64,000 bases of DNA from Bdellovibrionota bacterium (GTDB lineage Bacteria; Bdellovibrionota_G; JALEGL01; DATDPG01). Shown one piece after another: positions 16,940 through 25,497 of the stretch (the stretch's first letter is position 1; each line of letters begins with the position of its first letter). The position numbers and the translations under genes are program-made. The stretch is taken from assembly GCA_035292885.1 (NCBI GenBank), contig DATDPG010000019.1:59570-123569 (forward strand). Direction: 5' to 3'. Under the pieces are notes generated by a model. It worked only from the letters and a program-made list of their open reading frames with translations. It did not search any database and had not been told where the DNA came from.

Positions 16940-19444
16940 ATGGCGAATATTGACCGAAGAAAATTCCTGAAGATCCTCGGCGCGAGCGCGACTGGAACGG
17001 CGCTGGGGGGTACGGCAACGGGCGCCATGGCCTGGCTTTGGAAGGTCCCGGACCACCTAATTGAAGAAGCGTTGCGTGGACCCGGGTTCGAGACGTTCAA
17101 GAATTCCGTCTGTCAATTGTGCCCGGCGGGTTGCGGCATACGGGTCCGACTGATCGATAACATCCCCGTCCGGATCGACGGGAATCCGACACACCCGATC
17201 AATCGTGGAGGCATCTGCCCGCAGGGCGCGGCCGGCCTCGATTTTCTGTTCCATCCCGATCGGATTCAGACGCCGCTCATCCGTGTGGGGCCGAGGGGGA
17301 AGGGGGAATTCAAAGCGATCGGTTGGGACGAGGCGCTGGGCAAATTGGCTGAACGTTTGGGAACCCTACGACAGAAAAGAACCCCCGAGCAGCTGGCCTG
17401 CTTCGTTTACGAAAAACGCGGGTTGATGCACGAAACGATCGGTCGATTCATGGACGGATTCGGATCGCGAAATTTGATCGCAACGGACGACGGGGAGCAC
17501 GATTATCTGCCCTATCAGCTCCTCTTCGGCTGGAAGAACCTGCCGGCGTACGACATCGAGAATGCGCGCTACCTGCTGAGTTTCGGCGCGAACATTCTGG
17601 ACGACGGCGTTTCTCCGCTGCACGCGATTCACGGATACCGGAAAATGAGGGAAGGCGCCGCCGGGGAACGGGGAAAGTTTGTTTTCGTGGATTCCCGGCA
17701 TTCCGTGACCGCCGCCAGCGCGGATGTTTATCTGCCGATCCTGCCCGGAACCCACGGAGCGTTTGCGCTTGCCGTGGCGTATGTGTTGATCAAAGAACGG
17801 CATCTCGATACGGCGTTTCTCCGCGACCACGTCGACGGCTTTGAGTCCTGGACCGACGACCGGGGGAATCGTCACGCGGGCTTCAAGGACTATGTCCTCG
17901 CGGACTTCTATCCCGAACGCGCCGCGAAGATCACCGGAGTTCCCGCGGAGAGAATCATCGACGTGGCCCGGAACTTCGGAAGAACGCGCCTGTCGTTGGC
18001 AGTCGTGGGAAATTTGGGCACCGATACGACCAACGGCCTCTGGAACGCGCTCGCGGTTCTCTCGCTGAACGTTCTCGTCGGGAATATCGAAACCAAGGGG
18101 GGCCTTCTTGTTCCGCGGGCGGCACCGTTTTCAAAACTCCCGGTCGTTCGTCCGGATGAAATCGCGAAGCGAGGGCTGAACAAACCTCTCCTCTTCGAAG
18201 CCGAGAATCGCCAGGCTCCCTTGGTTTCCGACTCCATGGGCCTCGCGTGCGAACGGATGGCCAAAGGCGAACCGTATTCCATCGATACGCTCTTGGTCTA
18301 TGGCACCAACCCTGCGTTTGACCACCCGTACGCGAAGAGTGTTCGCAAAGCGCTCGAGAAGATTCCGTTCATCGTCTCGTTTTCGGGAATTCGGGACGAG
18401 ACTGCGGAATATGCCGATCTGATCCTCCCCGATCATGCGTTTCTCGAAAAATGGTTCGATAGTGCCGACACGCCCGGCATCAAGTTCGCTCACGCGTCGG
18501 TCGGTTCCCCGGTAGTGAATCCCCTTTATCAAACCCGGCACACGGGAGATGTCCTGACGGAAGTTGCGGCGAAGCTGGGAGGGAGTGTGGCCCAGGCATT
18601 TCCACAATCGGATTTCCTTTCGGCCTTGCAGCAAAAGTTCAAGGGGATTTTCGCTTCCGGCGAGGGAACCGTCGTATCGGGCTCGTTCGAGGAATCGTGG
18701 GCGCAGTTCCTTAAAGAGCGGGGCTGGCAGAACCTCGTCTACGAGTCCTTCGAAGGTTTCTGGAAGGTATTGGCGGAGCGCGGCGGGTGGTGGGATCCGA
18801 CGCAGGATGTGATGTCTATCAAAGAAGCGATTCAGACGCGCACGGGGAAAATTATGCTCCGGCTCGACGAGCTTCAATCCAAAGCAAGTGAAGCGGCACG
18901 ATCCGTGGGTAAGGAAAATACCTCCCCTGAAGCCGCAAGCCGGATACTGGCTGCCTGGGGAATTCGAGAAACCGCTGACGCCGCCTTTCTTCCACACTAC
19001 GAGGAGCCCACGTTCACGGGCGAAGTAAAAGAGTTCCCGTACGTGTTGGTCACGTTCGGCTTGCTTTCAAATCGCAGAGGTTTCGGCTCATTTTCGCCGT
19101 TGCTCCAGGAAATGTTTGGTTATCCCGAGCGGATTTACTGGGATTCTTGGGTGGAATTGAATCCCCATACGGCGCACGAGCATCATCTTGTTTCGGAAGA
19201 CTGGGTGAAAATCTCGTCGCCGGCGGGGTCGCTTCGCGCGCGGGTTGTTTTCAATGAAGCGTTGGAGCCCCATACGGTGGCCGTACCGTTCGGCATGGGT
19301 CATACGTCCGGCGGGCGTTACGCCAAGGGCGTGGGTGTGAATCCCTATGAGATTCTGACGGAAGTGAGCGACGTCTTGCGGGGAAAGCCGGCGAAAGTCG
19401 CGACGCGCGTGAAAATTGAGAAATCCGAAAGGAAGGTCCGCTAA
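16940..19444 (+). CDS. Molybdopterin-oxidoreductase-family large subunit (PsrA/ActB1/QrcB-like), Tat-exported
   Basis: Twin-arginine signal MANIDRRKFLKILGASATG. FS0-type motif CQLCPAGC-x27-C. 834 aa with family-typical blocks (GWDEALGKLAERL, LLSFGANILD, LVYGTNPAFDHP). Confidence 0.85.
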   Translation: MANIDRRKFLKILGASATGTALGGTATGAMAWLWKVPDHLIEEALRGPGFETFKNSVCQLCPAGCGIRVRLIDNIPVRIDGNPTHPINRGGICPQGAAGLDFLFHPDRIQTPLIRVGPRGKGEFKAIGWDEALGKLAERLGTLRQKRTPEQLACFVYEKRGLMHETIGRFMDGFGSRNLIATDDGEHDYLPYQLLFGWKNLPAYDIENARYLLSFGANILDDGVSPLHAIHGYRKMREGAAGERGKFVFVDSRHSVTAASADVYLPILPGTHGAFALAVAYVLIKERHLDTAFLRDHVDGFESWTDDRGNRHAGFKDYVLADFYPERAAKITGVPAERIIDVARNFGRTRLSLAVVGNLGTDTTNGLWNALAVLSLNVLVGNIETKGGLLVPRAAPFSKLPVVRPDEIAKRGLNKPLLFEAENRQAPLVSDSMGLACERMAKGEPYSIDTLLVYGTNPAFDHPYAKSVRKALEKIPFIVSFSGIRDETAEYADLILPDHAFLEKWFDSADTPGIKFAHASVGSPVVNPLYQTRHTGDVLTEVAAKLGGSVAQAFPQSDFLSALQQKFKGIFASGEGTVVSGSFEESWAQFLKERGWQNLVYESFEGFWKVLAERGGWWDPTQDVMSIKEAIQTRTGKIMLRLDELQSKASEAARSVGKENTSPEAASRILAAWGIRETADAAFLPHYEEPTFTGEVKEFPYVLVTFGLLSNRRGFGSFSPLLQEMFGYPERIYWDSWVELNPHTAHEHHLVSEDWVKISSPAGSLRARVVFNEALEPHTVAVPFGMGHTSGGRYAKGVGVNPYEILTEVSDVLRGKPAKVATRVKIEKSERKVR

Positions 19445-20131
19445 ATGCCGCGATGGGGAATGGTGATCGATCTCGATAAGTGCACCGGCTGCGGCGCTTG
19501 CGTGGCCGGGTGCAAAGTGGAGAACAATGTCGCCGTCGGCTCGGCTGAACTCGGGCGGGAAAACCGAGCCATGTTCTGGATGGAGATGGTGAAGTTCGTG
19601 GAAGGGGAACACTATCCCGATGTGCGGATTCGGTACGTGCCGCGGCCTTGCTTTCAATGCGACAACCCACCGTGCACCCGTGTTTGTCCCGTCCGCGCGA
19701 CGTATCTCTCCGATGAGGGGATTGTGGCCCAAATCTACGCCCGCTGCATCGGATGTCGCTATTGCCAAGCGGCCTGCCCGTACACCGTCAAGTCTTTCAA
19801 CTGGTACGAGCCGAAGTGGAGCCAAGAACGGTCCAGTTGCTTGAATCCCGATGTGTCTCAGCGGCCGAAAGGGGTCGTGGAGAAGTGCACGTTTTGTCAC
19901 CACCGCCTGCAGGTGGCGCGGGAGAAAGCACGGGCCGAAAACCGATCTCTCCGCGAGGAGGATTACAAAGTGGCTTGCCAGGACGCCTGTCCGGCCGGAG
20001 CGATATTGTTCGGAGACTTGGAAGACAAGTCGACGCAGGTGTTCAAGCTCAGCAAGAGTCCGCGTGCCCAACGTCTCATGGAAGATCTCGGAACCGAGCC
20101 GAAGGTCTTCTACCTTTCGAGGGGAGGATGA
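19445..20131 (+). CDS. 4Fe-4S ferredoxin-type subunit (PsrB/NrfC/ActB2-like)
   Basis: WGMVIDLDKCTGCGACVAGCKVENN, RPCFQCDNPPCTRVCP, CIGCRYCQAACPY, KCTFCHHR. The start abuts the upstream stop (TAAATG). Confidence 0.9.
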   Translation: MPRWGMVIDLDKCTGCGACVAGCKVENNVAVGSAELGRENRAMFWMEMVKFVEGEHYPDVRIRYVPRPCFQCDNPPCTRVCPVRATYLSDEGIVAQIYARCIGCRYCQAACPYTVKSFNWYEPKWSQERSSCLNPDVSQRPKGVVEKCTFCHHRLQVAREKARAENRSLREEDYKVACQDACPAGAILFGDLEDKSTQVFKLSKSPRAQRLMEDLGTEPKVFYLSRGG

Positions 20132-20132
20132 C

Positions 20133-21485
20133 ATGAAAGCCCGGCCGGAAGATCTGGGAGCGGAGGAACATCTCCTCAAACCGCTTCATCGGGTTTCCCC
20201 GAAGCTTCTCGTTCTTTGCGGCCTGCTTTTCCTGGCGGTTCTCAACATGCTCTTCGCCTTCGCGGGACAGGTTTGGTTCGGTCTCGGTGTCACCGGAATG
20301 AATCAGCCGGTGACGTGGGGTTTCTATATCGTCAACTTCGTCTTCTTCATCGGGATCAGCCACGCGGGGACGCTCATTTCCGCGATCCTGCGCTTGTCAC
20401 AGGCTGAATGGAGGCGGCCCATCACGCGAATGGCGGAAGTCATTACGGCCCTCGTTCTTGCGATCGGCGGTATCCAGCCGATCATCGATCTGGGAAGGCC
20501 GGACCGGGTCTTCAATATCTTTACGTCGGGCAGACTCCAGTCGCCGCTTTTGTGGGATGTGACGTCGATATCGGCCTATTTTATGGCCAGCACGGTCTTT
20601 CTCTATTTGCCCCTCATTCCGGATATCGCGCTTCTTCGGGACCGGGGAGGAAAGCTTCGCTGGGCCTACGACCTGATGTCCTGGGGATATCGCGGGACGG
20701 AACGCCAGAAGCACGTGCTGGAACGAGCCATGACGATCATGATGATCATTGTCATCCCGATCGCCGTATCCGTTCATACGGTGATCTCCTACATCTTCGC
20801 CATGACGATTCAGCCGGGGTGGCACAGCACGATCTTCGGCCCTTATTTCGTGTGCGGGGCGATCTTTTCCGGAATCGCGGCGCTCTTGATCGTCATGATC
20901 GCCTTTCGGAAGGCCTATCACCTGGAGGACTACTTAAAACCCATTCACTTCTCCTACCTGGGACAACTTCTTTTGATCATGTCGCTCCTCTGGTTTTACT
21001 TCACGTTTTCGGAATACCTTACGGCCTTCTTCGGGAACGAACCGCAGGAACTTCGTGTCGTGAATTATAAATTTACGGGGGCATACTGGCCGCTCTTCTG
21101 GGGGATGATCGTCGCGAACTTCGTCATTCCGGTGGCTCTTTTGAGTTCACCCAAAATCCGAACCATCCCGAACATCTTGGTGGCGTCGATCTGCGTGGTG
21201 ATCGGAATGTGGCTGGAGCGATTAAACATCGTGGTTCCGTCGCTCGCGAATCCGAGGCTCCCATACGCGACGGGCTTCTATATTCCCTCGTACACCGAAT
21301 GGTCCCTTTTCTTAGGGATGGCGGCGCTTTTCGTCTTGATGTTCATCGGCTTCTCCAAGTTTTTCCCGCTCATCTCGGTTTGGGAAATTCAGGAAGGGAG
21401 GACGCACGGCGTGAAAGAGGTGACCGAAAGGGTCGAGAGCTACCTTCCTCCGATGGCGCTCGAAGGAAAGGGGCGGGATTCATGA
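20133..21485 (+). CDS. NrfD/PsrC/ActC-like polytopic quinone-interacting membrane subunit
   Basis: The track ORF 19851.. is an extension overlapping the FeS gene. The real start is MKARPEDLG at 20133, 1 nt after the FeS stop. 450 aa with about 10 TM helices (GFYIVNFVFFIGISHAGTLISAILRL etc). Confidence 0.8.
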   Translation: MKARPEDLGAEEHLLKPLHRVSPKLLVLCGLLFLAVLNMLFAFAGQVWFGLGVTGMNQPVTWGFYIVNFVFFIGISHAGTLISAILRLSQAEWRRPITRMAEVITALVLAIGGIQPIIDLGRPDRVFNIFTSGRLQSPLLWDVTSISAYFMASTVFLYLPLIPDIALLRDRGGKLRWAYDLMSWGYRGTERQKHVLERAMTIMMIIVIPIAVSVHTVISYIFAMTIQPGWHSTIFGPYFVCGAIFSGIAALLIVMIAFRKAYHLEDYLKPIHFSYLGQLLLIMSLLWFYFTFSEYLTAFFGNEPQELRVVNYKFTGAYWPLFWGMIVANFVIPVALLSSPKIRTIPNILVASICVVIGMWLERLNIVVPSLANPRLPYATGFYIPSYTEWSLFLGMAALFVLMFIGFSKFFPLISVWEIQEGRTHGVKEVTERVESYLPPMALEGKGRDS

Positions 21486-21715
21486 CGAAAAAGAAAATTC
21501 TTTTTTTCAGCCAGCTCGTCTCTCTGGCGGGGATCTGGGTCTTCGTCTTGGGAATCAGCGTCTGGATTCTCCATCTCATCCGGATGGCCAACAAGCTTCA
21601 TGACGCTCCGACGGCGTCCGTATCGATCAGCCTGGTGGCCATTCCCGTCTTTCTCACAGGCGCGAGCGTGCTGACATATGTCTTCGTCGGCATACAGAGA
21701 GGTGGAAAGGAATAA
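21482..21715 (+). CDS. Small two-TM membrane protein (ActD-position subunit)
   Basis: ATGA overlap with the NrfD-like stop. MTKKKILFFSQLVSLAGIWVFVLGISVWIL...ISLVAIPVFLTGASVLTYVFVGI. Confidence 0.55.
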   Translation: MTKKKILFFSQLVSLAGIWVFVLGISVWILHLIRMANKLHDAPTASVSISLVAIPVFLTGASVLTYVFVGIQRGGKE

Positions 21716-21719
21716 TGCG

Positions 21720-22931
21720 ATGAACGGGCGGATTCCGATGGCCGTGTTCACCGTCGTTTTGGGCGCATCCTTCATGCTCGGCGGCTTCGCTCGGAGTGAG
21801 GAGGAGAATTGGCTTCCATCGGAGCCGCTCAAGGGGCGAGTTGTCTTCGAGCAAAAGCACTGCCCGCAGTGCCATTCGATCGGAGGCGCGAAAGGCGGGG
21901 TCGGTCCCGATTTAGCCGAAGCGGGAACGTATTTTCACGGGAGCTTTCTCCAGCTCTCATCCATTTTATGGAACCACATTCCGGACATGCTGGTGGAATA
22001 CAAAACGCGAAATCTTTCTTGGCCGAGTTTCTCCGAGGACGAGGTCGGCTATCTGATTTCCTATCTGTACTATCTGCGATACTTGGGAAGCCCGGGCGAT
22101 GTCGCCAACGGCCAGCGCCTCCTCCAGACGAAAGGGTGCGTCGCCTGTCATGCCGTCGGGAAACAAAAAAAGGCGGGGGACGCGCCTCCGCTGGATCAGC
22201 TCAAGAAATATGTTTCGCCGCTCTACCTGGTGCAGGCGGTTTGGAATCACGGGCCCCGGATGCAGCGGATGATCGAACAAAAGGGAATCAAGCGGCCGAC
22301 ATTCGACGGTCAGGAAATCAGCGACATGAGCGCGTACATCCGCAACGTAAGCCGCTGGAACACCGAGGAGAAAGTGTATCTCTCCCCGGGCGATCCGAAG
22401 AACGGAGAACGGGTGTTTGAAAGCAAGGGGTGCGTCAAGTGTCACTCCGAACAAAGGGGGAGGAAGCGGGCGCCGTCGCTGGAGAAGTCGAGCCTGAATG
22501 AGAGCGCGGCGGGCATCGCGGCGCTGATGTGGAACCATGCGGATGTCATGATGAGTTCGATGAAAGAGGAGAAAATCAGCTGGCCGACGTTCGAAGGGCG
22601 CGAGATGCCCGATCTGGTCGCATACCTGTTCTTTCTGGATTTTCTGGAACCGCCGGGAAACGCCGCAAAGGGCAAGGAGCTATTCGGCCAGAAACAATGT
22701 TCCTACTGTCATTCGATCCACGGAGCCGGGGGTACCATCGGACCCGATCTCGCGGTCGTCGGTTCTCTTTCCTCCACCCGGTCGATCCTCCGGATGATGG
22801 TGAATCACGCGGAAAACATGTCGGAAGCCGTCCTGGGCGCCGGGAAAGCCTGGCCGGTTCTGGGCGGTGACGAGATGAATAACATCTTCGCGTACTTAAA
22901 AAGCGTCGAACGGAAAGAAAAAAAGAAATAG
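21720..22931 (+). CDS. Tetrahaem cytochrome c built from four tandem class-I-like domains
   Basis: Start MNGRIPMAVFTVVLGASFMLGG (RBS GGAAAGGA). CPQCH, CVACH, CVKCH, CSYCH, each about 100 aa apart and each followed by a (W/V)NHxxxM motif. Paralog at 37130..38365. Confidence 0.85.
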   Translation: MNGRIPMAVFTVVLGASFMLGGFARSEEENWLPSEPLKGRVVFEQKHCPQCHSIGGAKGGVGPDLAEAGTYFHGSFLQLSSILWNHIPDMLVEYKTRNLSWPSFSEDEVGYLISYLYYLRYLGSPGDVANGQRLLQTKGCVACHAVGKQKKAGDAPPLDQLKKYVSPLYLVQAVWNHGPRMQRMIEQKGIKRPTFDGQEISDMSAYIRNVSRWNTEEKVYLSPGDPKNGERVFESKGCVKCHSEQRGRKRAPSLEKSSLNESAAGIAALMWNHADVMMSSMKEEKISWPTFEGREMPDLVAYLFFLDFLEPPGNAAKGKELFGQKQCSYCHSIHGAGGTIGPDLAVVGSLSSTRSILRMMVNHAENMSEAVLGAGKAWPVLGGDEMNNIFAYLKSVERKEKKK

Positions 22932-22945
22932 CCCCTATTAAATGG

Positions 22946-23512
22946 CTACCTTCGCAATTTAGACAGAAGGGAGGCCAGTGTTCGAGCTTCCCCGGCGCCA
23001 TACCGGCGGGTCAATTTCTTCAGGAGCGGGAGATCCAGCTTTTCACGCGAGACCTCCAATACCCCTCGCACGTCATCCATATCTTTAGGTCCCCCGGCGA
23101 AGATTTTCATCGCAATAAAATCCTCCGCCCCAATGATCCGTATGTGGCCTCCCATAAAGGCGGCCTCCAGAGCTCTGGACAGAGCTCCCGCTTCCATCCC
23201 TCGAATTCCCAACAACAAATCCACTCGGTTTTCGTAGGCATCCGCAAGCATGAGTACCGCCGTCACCGGGTCATCGACATCTCCTTTACTCAATTCCACA
23301 AGAAAACCCGCCCGATGCATCTCCTTTTCAAGTTCAGGCAAGTCGCCTGATGGCAGCGAAATGACTACATCCGCGTCTTGGCTGGCGCGAACCAGACCAT
23401 GGAAAGCGGCAGCAATCGCACCCACCACGGCATACGGAATCTTCAAATGATTCAAGATGTCGACCGCGTCCAAGAGGAGCAGCGTGGATTGTCCAGGTCC
23501 CGTTGTCTTCAT
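22946..23512 (-). CDS. Nucleotidyltransferase-fold protein (MNT/AbiEii-like), probable TA-type component
   Basis: VVGAIAAAFHGLVRASQDADVVI (hG-x-n-DxD NTase motif) and C-terminal IIGAEDFIAMKIFAGGPKDMDDVRGVL. Paralog at 42597..43094. Confidence 0.55.
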   Translation of the reverse strand: MKTTGPGQSTLLLLDAVDILNHLKIPYAVVGAIAAAFHGLVRASQDADVVISLPSGDLPELEKEMHRAGFLVELSKGDVDDPVTAVLMLADAYENRVDLLLGIRGMEAGALSRALEAAFMGGHIRIIGAEDFIAMKIFAGGPKDMDDVRGVLEVSREKLDLPLLKKLTRRYGAGEARTLASLLSKLRR

Positions 23513-23691
23513 GGAAATCGATCTCGCTCTGCCTTTCGGTTAGAGCGAAAGGACTTCCCGATCCTGTGGATCTCCATCACAAGACGGGAATGTTCCGCAT
23601 AGGCGATCAGGCGCTGCTCCGGCGACATACGCCGGGCACTTTCGATAAGCTTTCGCCGCATCCGTTCGCCGAGTCTGGATCTCTTTTTCAC
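23509..23691 (-). CDS. Small basic protein, putative partner of the NTase-fold protein
   Basis: 60 aa in an ATGA overlap with the downstream NTase gene. SPEQRLIAYAEHSRLVMEI resembles TPEQIILWLEGYRRMIFEV in the small ORF at 42449..42604. Confidence 0.4.
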   Translation of the reverse strand: MKKRSRLGERMRRKLIESARRMSPEQRLIAYAEHSRLVMEIHRIGKSFRSNRKAERDRFP

Positions 23692-23835
23692 ACGATGAGC
23701 ATATATCCAATTCGGAAAGGGCGGATAACTTTTCAGCGTAATTCTAGTCCTGGAACTACCTGAGTTCTGAAATCACGAGATCGGCGTCGTATACGGCGCC
23801 GGAGGAGATGGCGGAGGGACTTCCGCCGGGGTATG

Positions 23836-25218
23836 TCAGTCGCCGACCTCGCACTCCTGGAGGCTCCATGCGGGAAGCGAAGAATTACTTTCCTTGCCGA
23901 TCGACCGAAGCCTATAAAGGACGTCGCTCACCTGGACGACCTCGTATCCCCTGTAGTCCCAGCCCATCCGGCAGCGGGAATCTCCCGGGCATGTCATCCA
24001 TTCGGCGCAGCCGCCTTCGGGATCTCTCCTGTAGCATTCCGGGTGAGGACGCATCAACGGACATTGGTAGTCTCCGCTCAAACCGACCTTGGTCTCGAGG
24101 CATCCGTCCCAATTGGGATCGCCACCAAAAGCCTGAGTATCGTACGTTGGGGAAGAGGAGTAGTTGTTCGTATACGTCCCCGGGTTGAATGTGACTTTCG
24201 CGGTGTAACCCAACGCGTGGGTGGTTTGGCATTCAACGACGTCCGGTTTGCAGTTCTTGTCCATGCCATTGCCAAAAACATCCGGAGCCGTGGAATAGAC
24301 CGTCGGATCGTCGTCCTTGCAGTCGGTTCCCCCCGAAGTCATGTTCGCCTCTCCGTCTCCATCGTTATCCGCGTTGGTCGGATCGGTCAGCGGCTGCGTT
24401 GTCACCTCCTCGTAATCGGTCCGGCCGTCGCGATCCGTGTCTTTCGCCAAAGGGTCGGTCCTATAGGTGTGGACTTCCACGCCGTCATGAAGTCCGTCCC
24501 CATCCGTGTCGACGGACGCCGGGTCGGTTCCATAGGTCGACTCTTCGGGATCGCTCAGACCGTCGCCGTCCGAATCCGGGGGGCCGTACAAAAATCCACC
24601 TTCGAGGACGGACGAGCAACCGTCGGGATTTGCAGCCACAACATCCACCTTGCACGTGCCGGCACAGACGTGGTCTAGGCTTGGGACCGCTACGCCGATC
24701 GTCGAGTGGCTTACGGTCCCCTCGTACCTTGCTCGTTCGCCGCCGATGGAAACGATGGCCGAACCAGCTAAATCGACCACAAAATTTTCCCCCGATACAT
24801 CGACGTGCGTGTCCATCCTTCCGGAATTTGGAGTTAATGCCGTAATTTTCGGACGGGTCGTGCAGAGGGTCGCTCGCGTGTATGTGAAAGCATCAAAAAA
24901 ATCAGCCTTCCGCCCCTGAGCGTCGACCAAGGACACATCGACGGCTCCGACACTGTCACCGGCCGGCACCTGGACTTCAATCGCCGAGTCTTCGGCATGC
25001 AGGATCGCCGCCTCTCTTGAGGCGAAAAGAACCTTGCGAACCTCCCCGAAGCCCTTCCCGAGGATGGTGACCACCGATCCGCCTTCCCCCGAACCGGGCT
25101 CAATTCCAAGAAACGTCACGCTTTGCTGGAAGGACGTTGTTTCGCCATCGGGAGATGAACAGAAACAAAGCAAGAGACAGAGGGGGGCTACCCCAGCGAT
25201 CAGGTTCGGCTTCCGCAT
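23836..25218 (-). CDS. Secreted/lipoprotein with two IPT/TIG-like domains, TSP3-type Ca-binding repeats and a Cys-rich C-terminal domain
   Basis: Signal MRKPNLIAGVAPLCLLLCFCSS. IPT-like ITALTPNSGRMDTHVDVSGENF. Repeats DSDGDGLSD, DTDGDGLHD, DTDRDGRTD, DNDGDGE. MopE-like segment DCKDDDPTVYSTAPDVFGNGMDKNC. Confidence 0.7.
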   Translation of the reverse strand: MRKPNLIAGVAPLCLLLCFCSSPDGETTSFQQSVTFLGIEPGSGEGGSVVTILGKGFGEVRKVLFASREAAILHAEDSAIEVQVPAGDSVGAVDVSLVDAQGRKADFFDAFTYTRATLCTTRPKITALTPNSGRMDTHVDVSGENFVVDLAGSAIVSIGGERARYEGTVSHSTIGVAVPSLDHVCAGTCKVDVVAANPDGCSSVLEGGFLYGPPDSDGDGLSDPEESTYGTDPASVDTDGDGLHDGVEVHTYRTDPLAKDTDRDGRTDYEEVTTQPLTDPTNADNDGDGEANMTSGGTDCKDDDPTVYSTAPDVFGNGMDKNCKPDVVECQTTHALGYTAKVTFNPGTYTNNYSSSPTYDTQAFGGDPNWDGCLETKVGLSGDYQCPLMRPHPECYRRDPEGGCAEWMTCPGDSRCRMGWDYRGYEVVQVSDVLYRLRSIGKESNSSLPAWSLQECEVGD

Positions 25219-25497
25219 GTCAGTCTTTGCTTAAAGGGAACCCCCTTTGTTTCAGCTGCTACGATCCACCGACGACAGGTTTGTTGTATCCCCATACCTT
25301 CTCCGGGGGCCAATGCAGCAACCGGTGTGCCAGGTATATATTATGTTGGAAGTTTAAGAAGTTACGTAAAATCGTTCGTCAAAAGGCCGCAAAGTTTGAA
25401 TGAAGTTCTGCGCTGCTTGGGCAGAATGTCGGCGACGAACGTTGCGTTATCCAAGGCACGTAGCAATCGGCTTCACACACTCTTATAGTTCACGACG

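Noticed and set aside
16940-19444. Possible selenocysteine (in-frame TGA) or frameshift in the molybdopterin-family subunit
   Set aside because: The 834-codon frame is uninterrupted. No in-frame TGA or SECIS-like hairpin was needed to explain the gene.
19851-20132. N-terminal 94-aa extension of the NrfD-like ORF in the track
   Set aside because: The extension overlaps the FeS-subunit gene in another frame and is Arg-rich. An ATG 1 nt after the FeS stop gives a sensible N-terminus.
19088-20179. 363-aa minus-strand ORF
   Set aside because: It is antisense to the 3' end of the molybdopterin subunit and to the FeS subunit, which has four ferredoxin Cys clusters. It is a shadow ORF.
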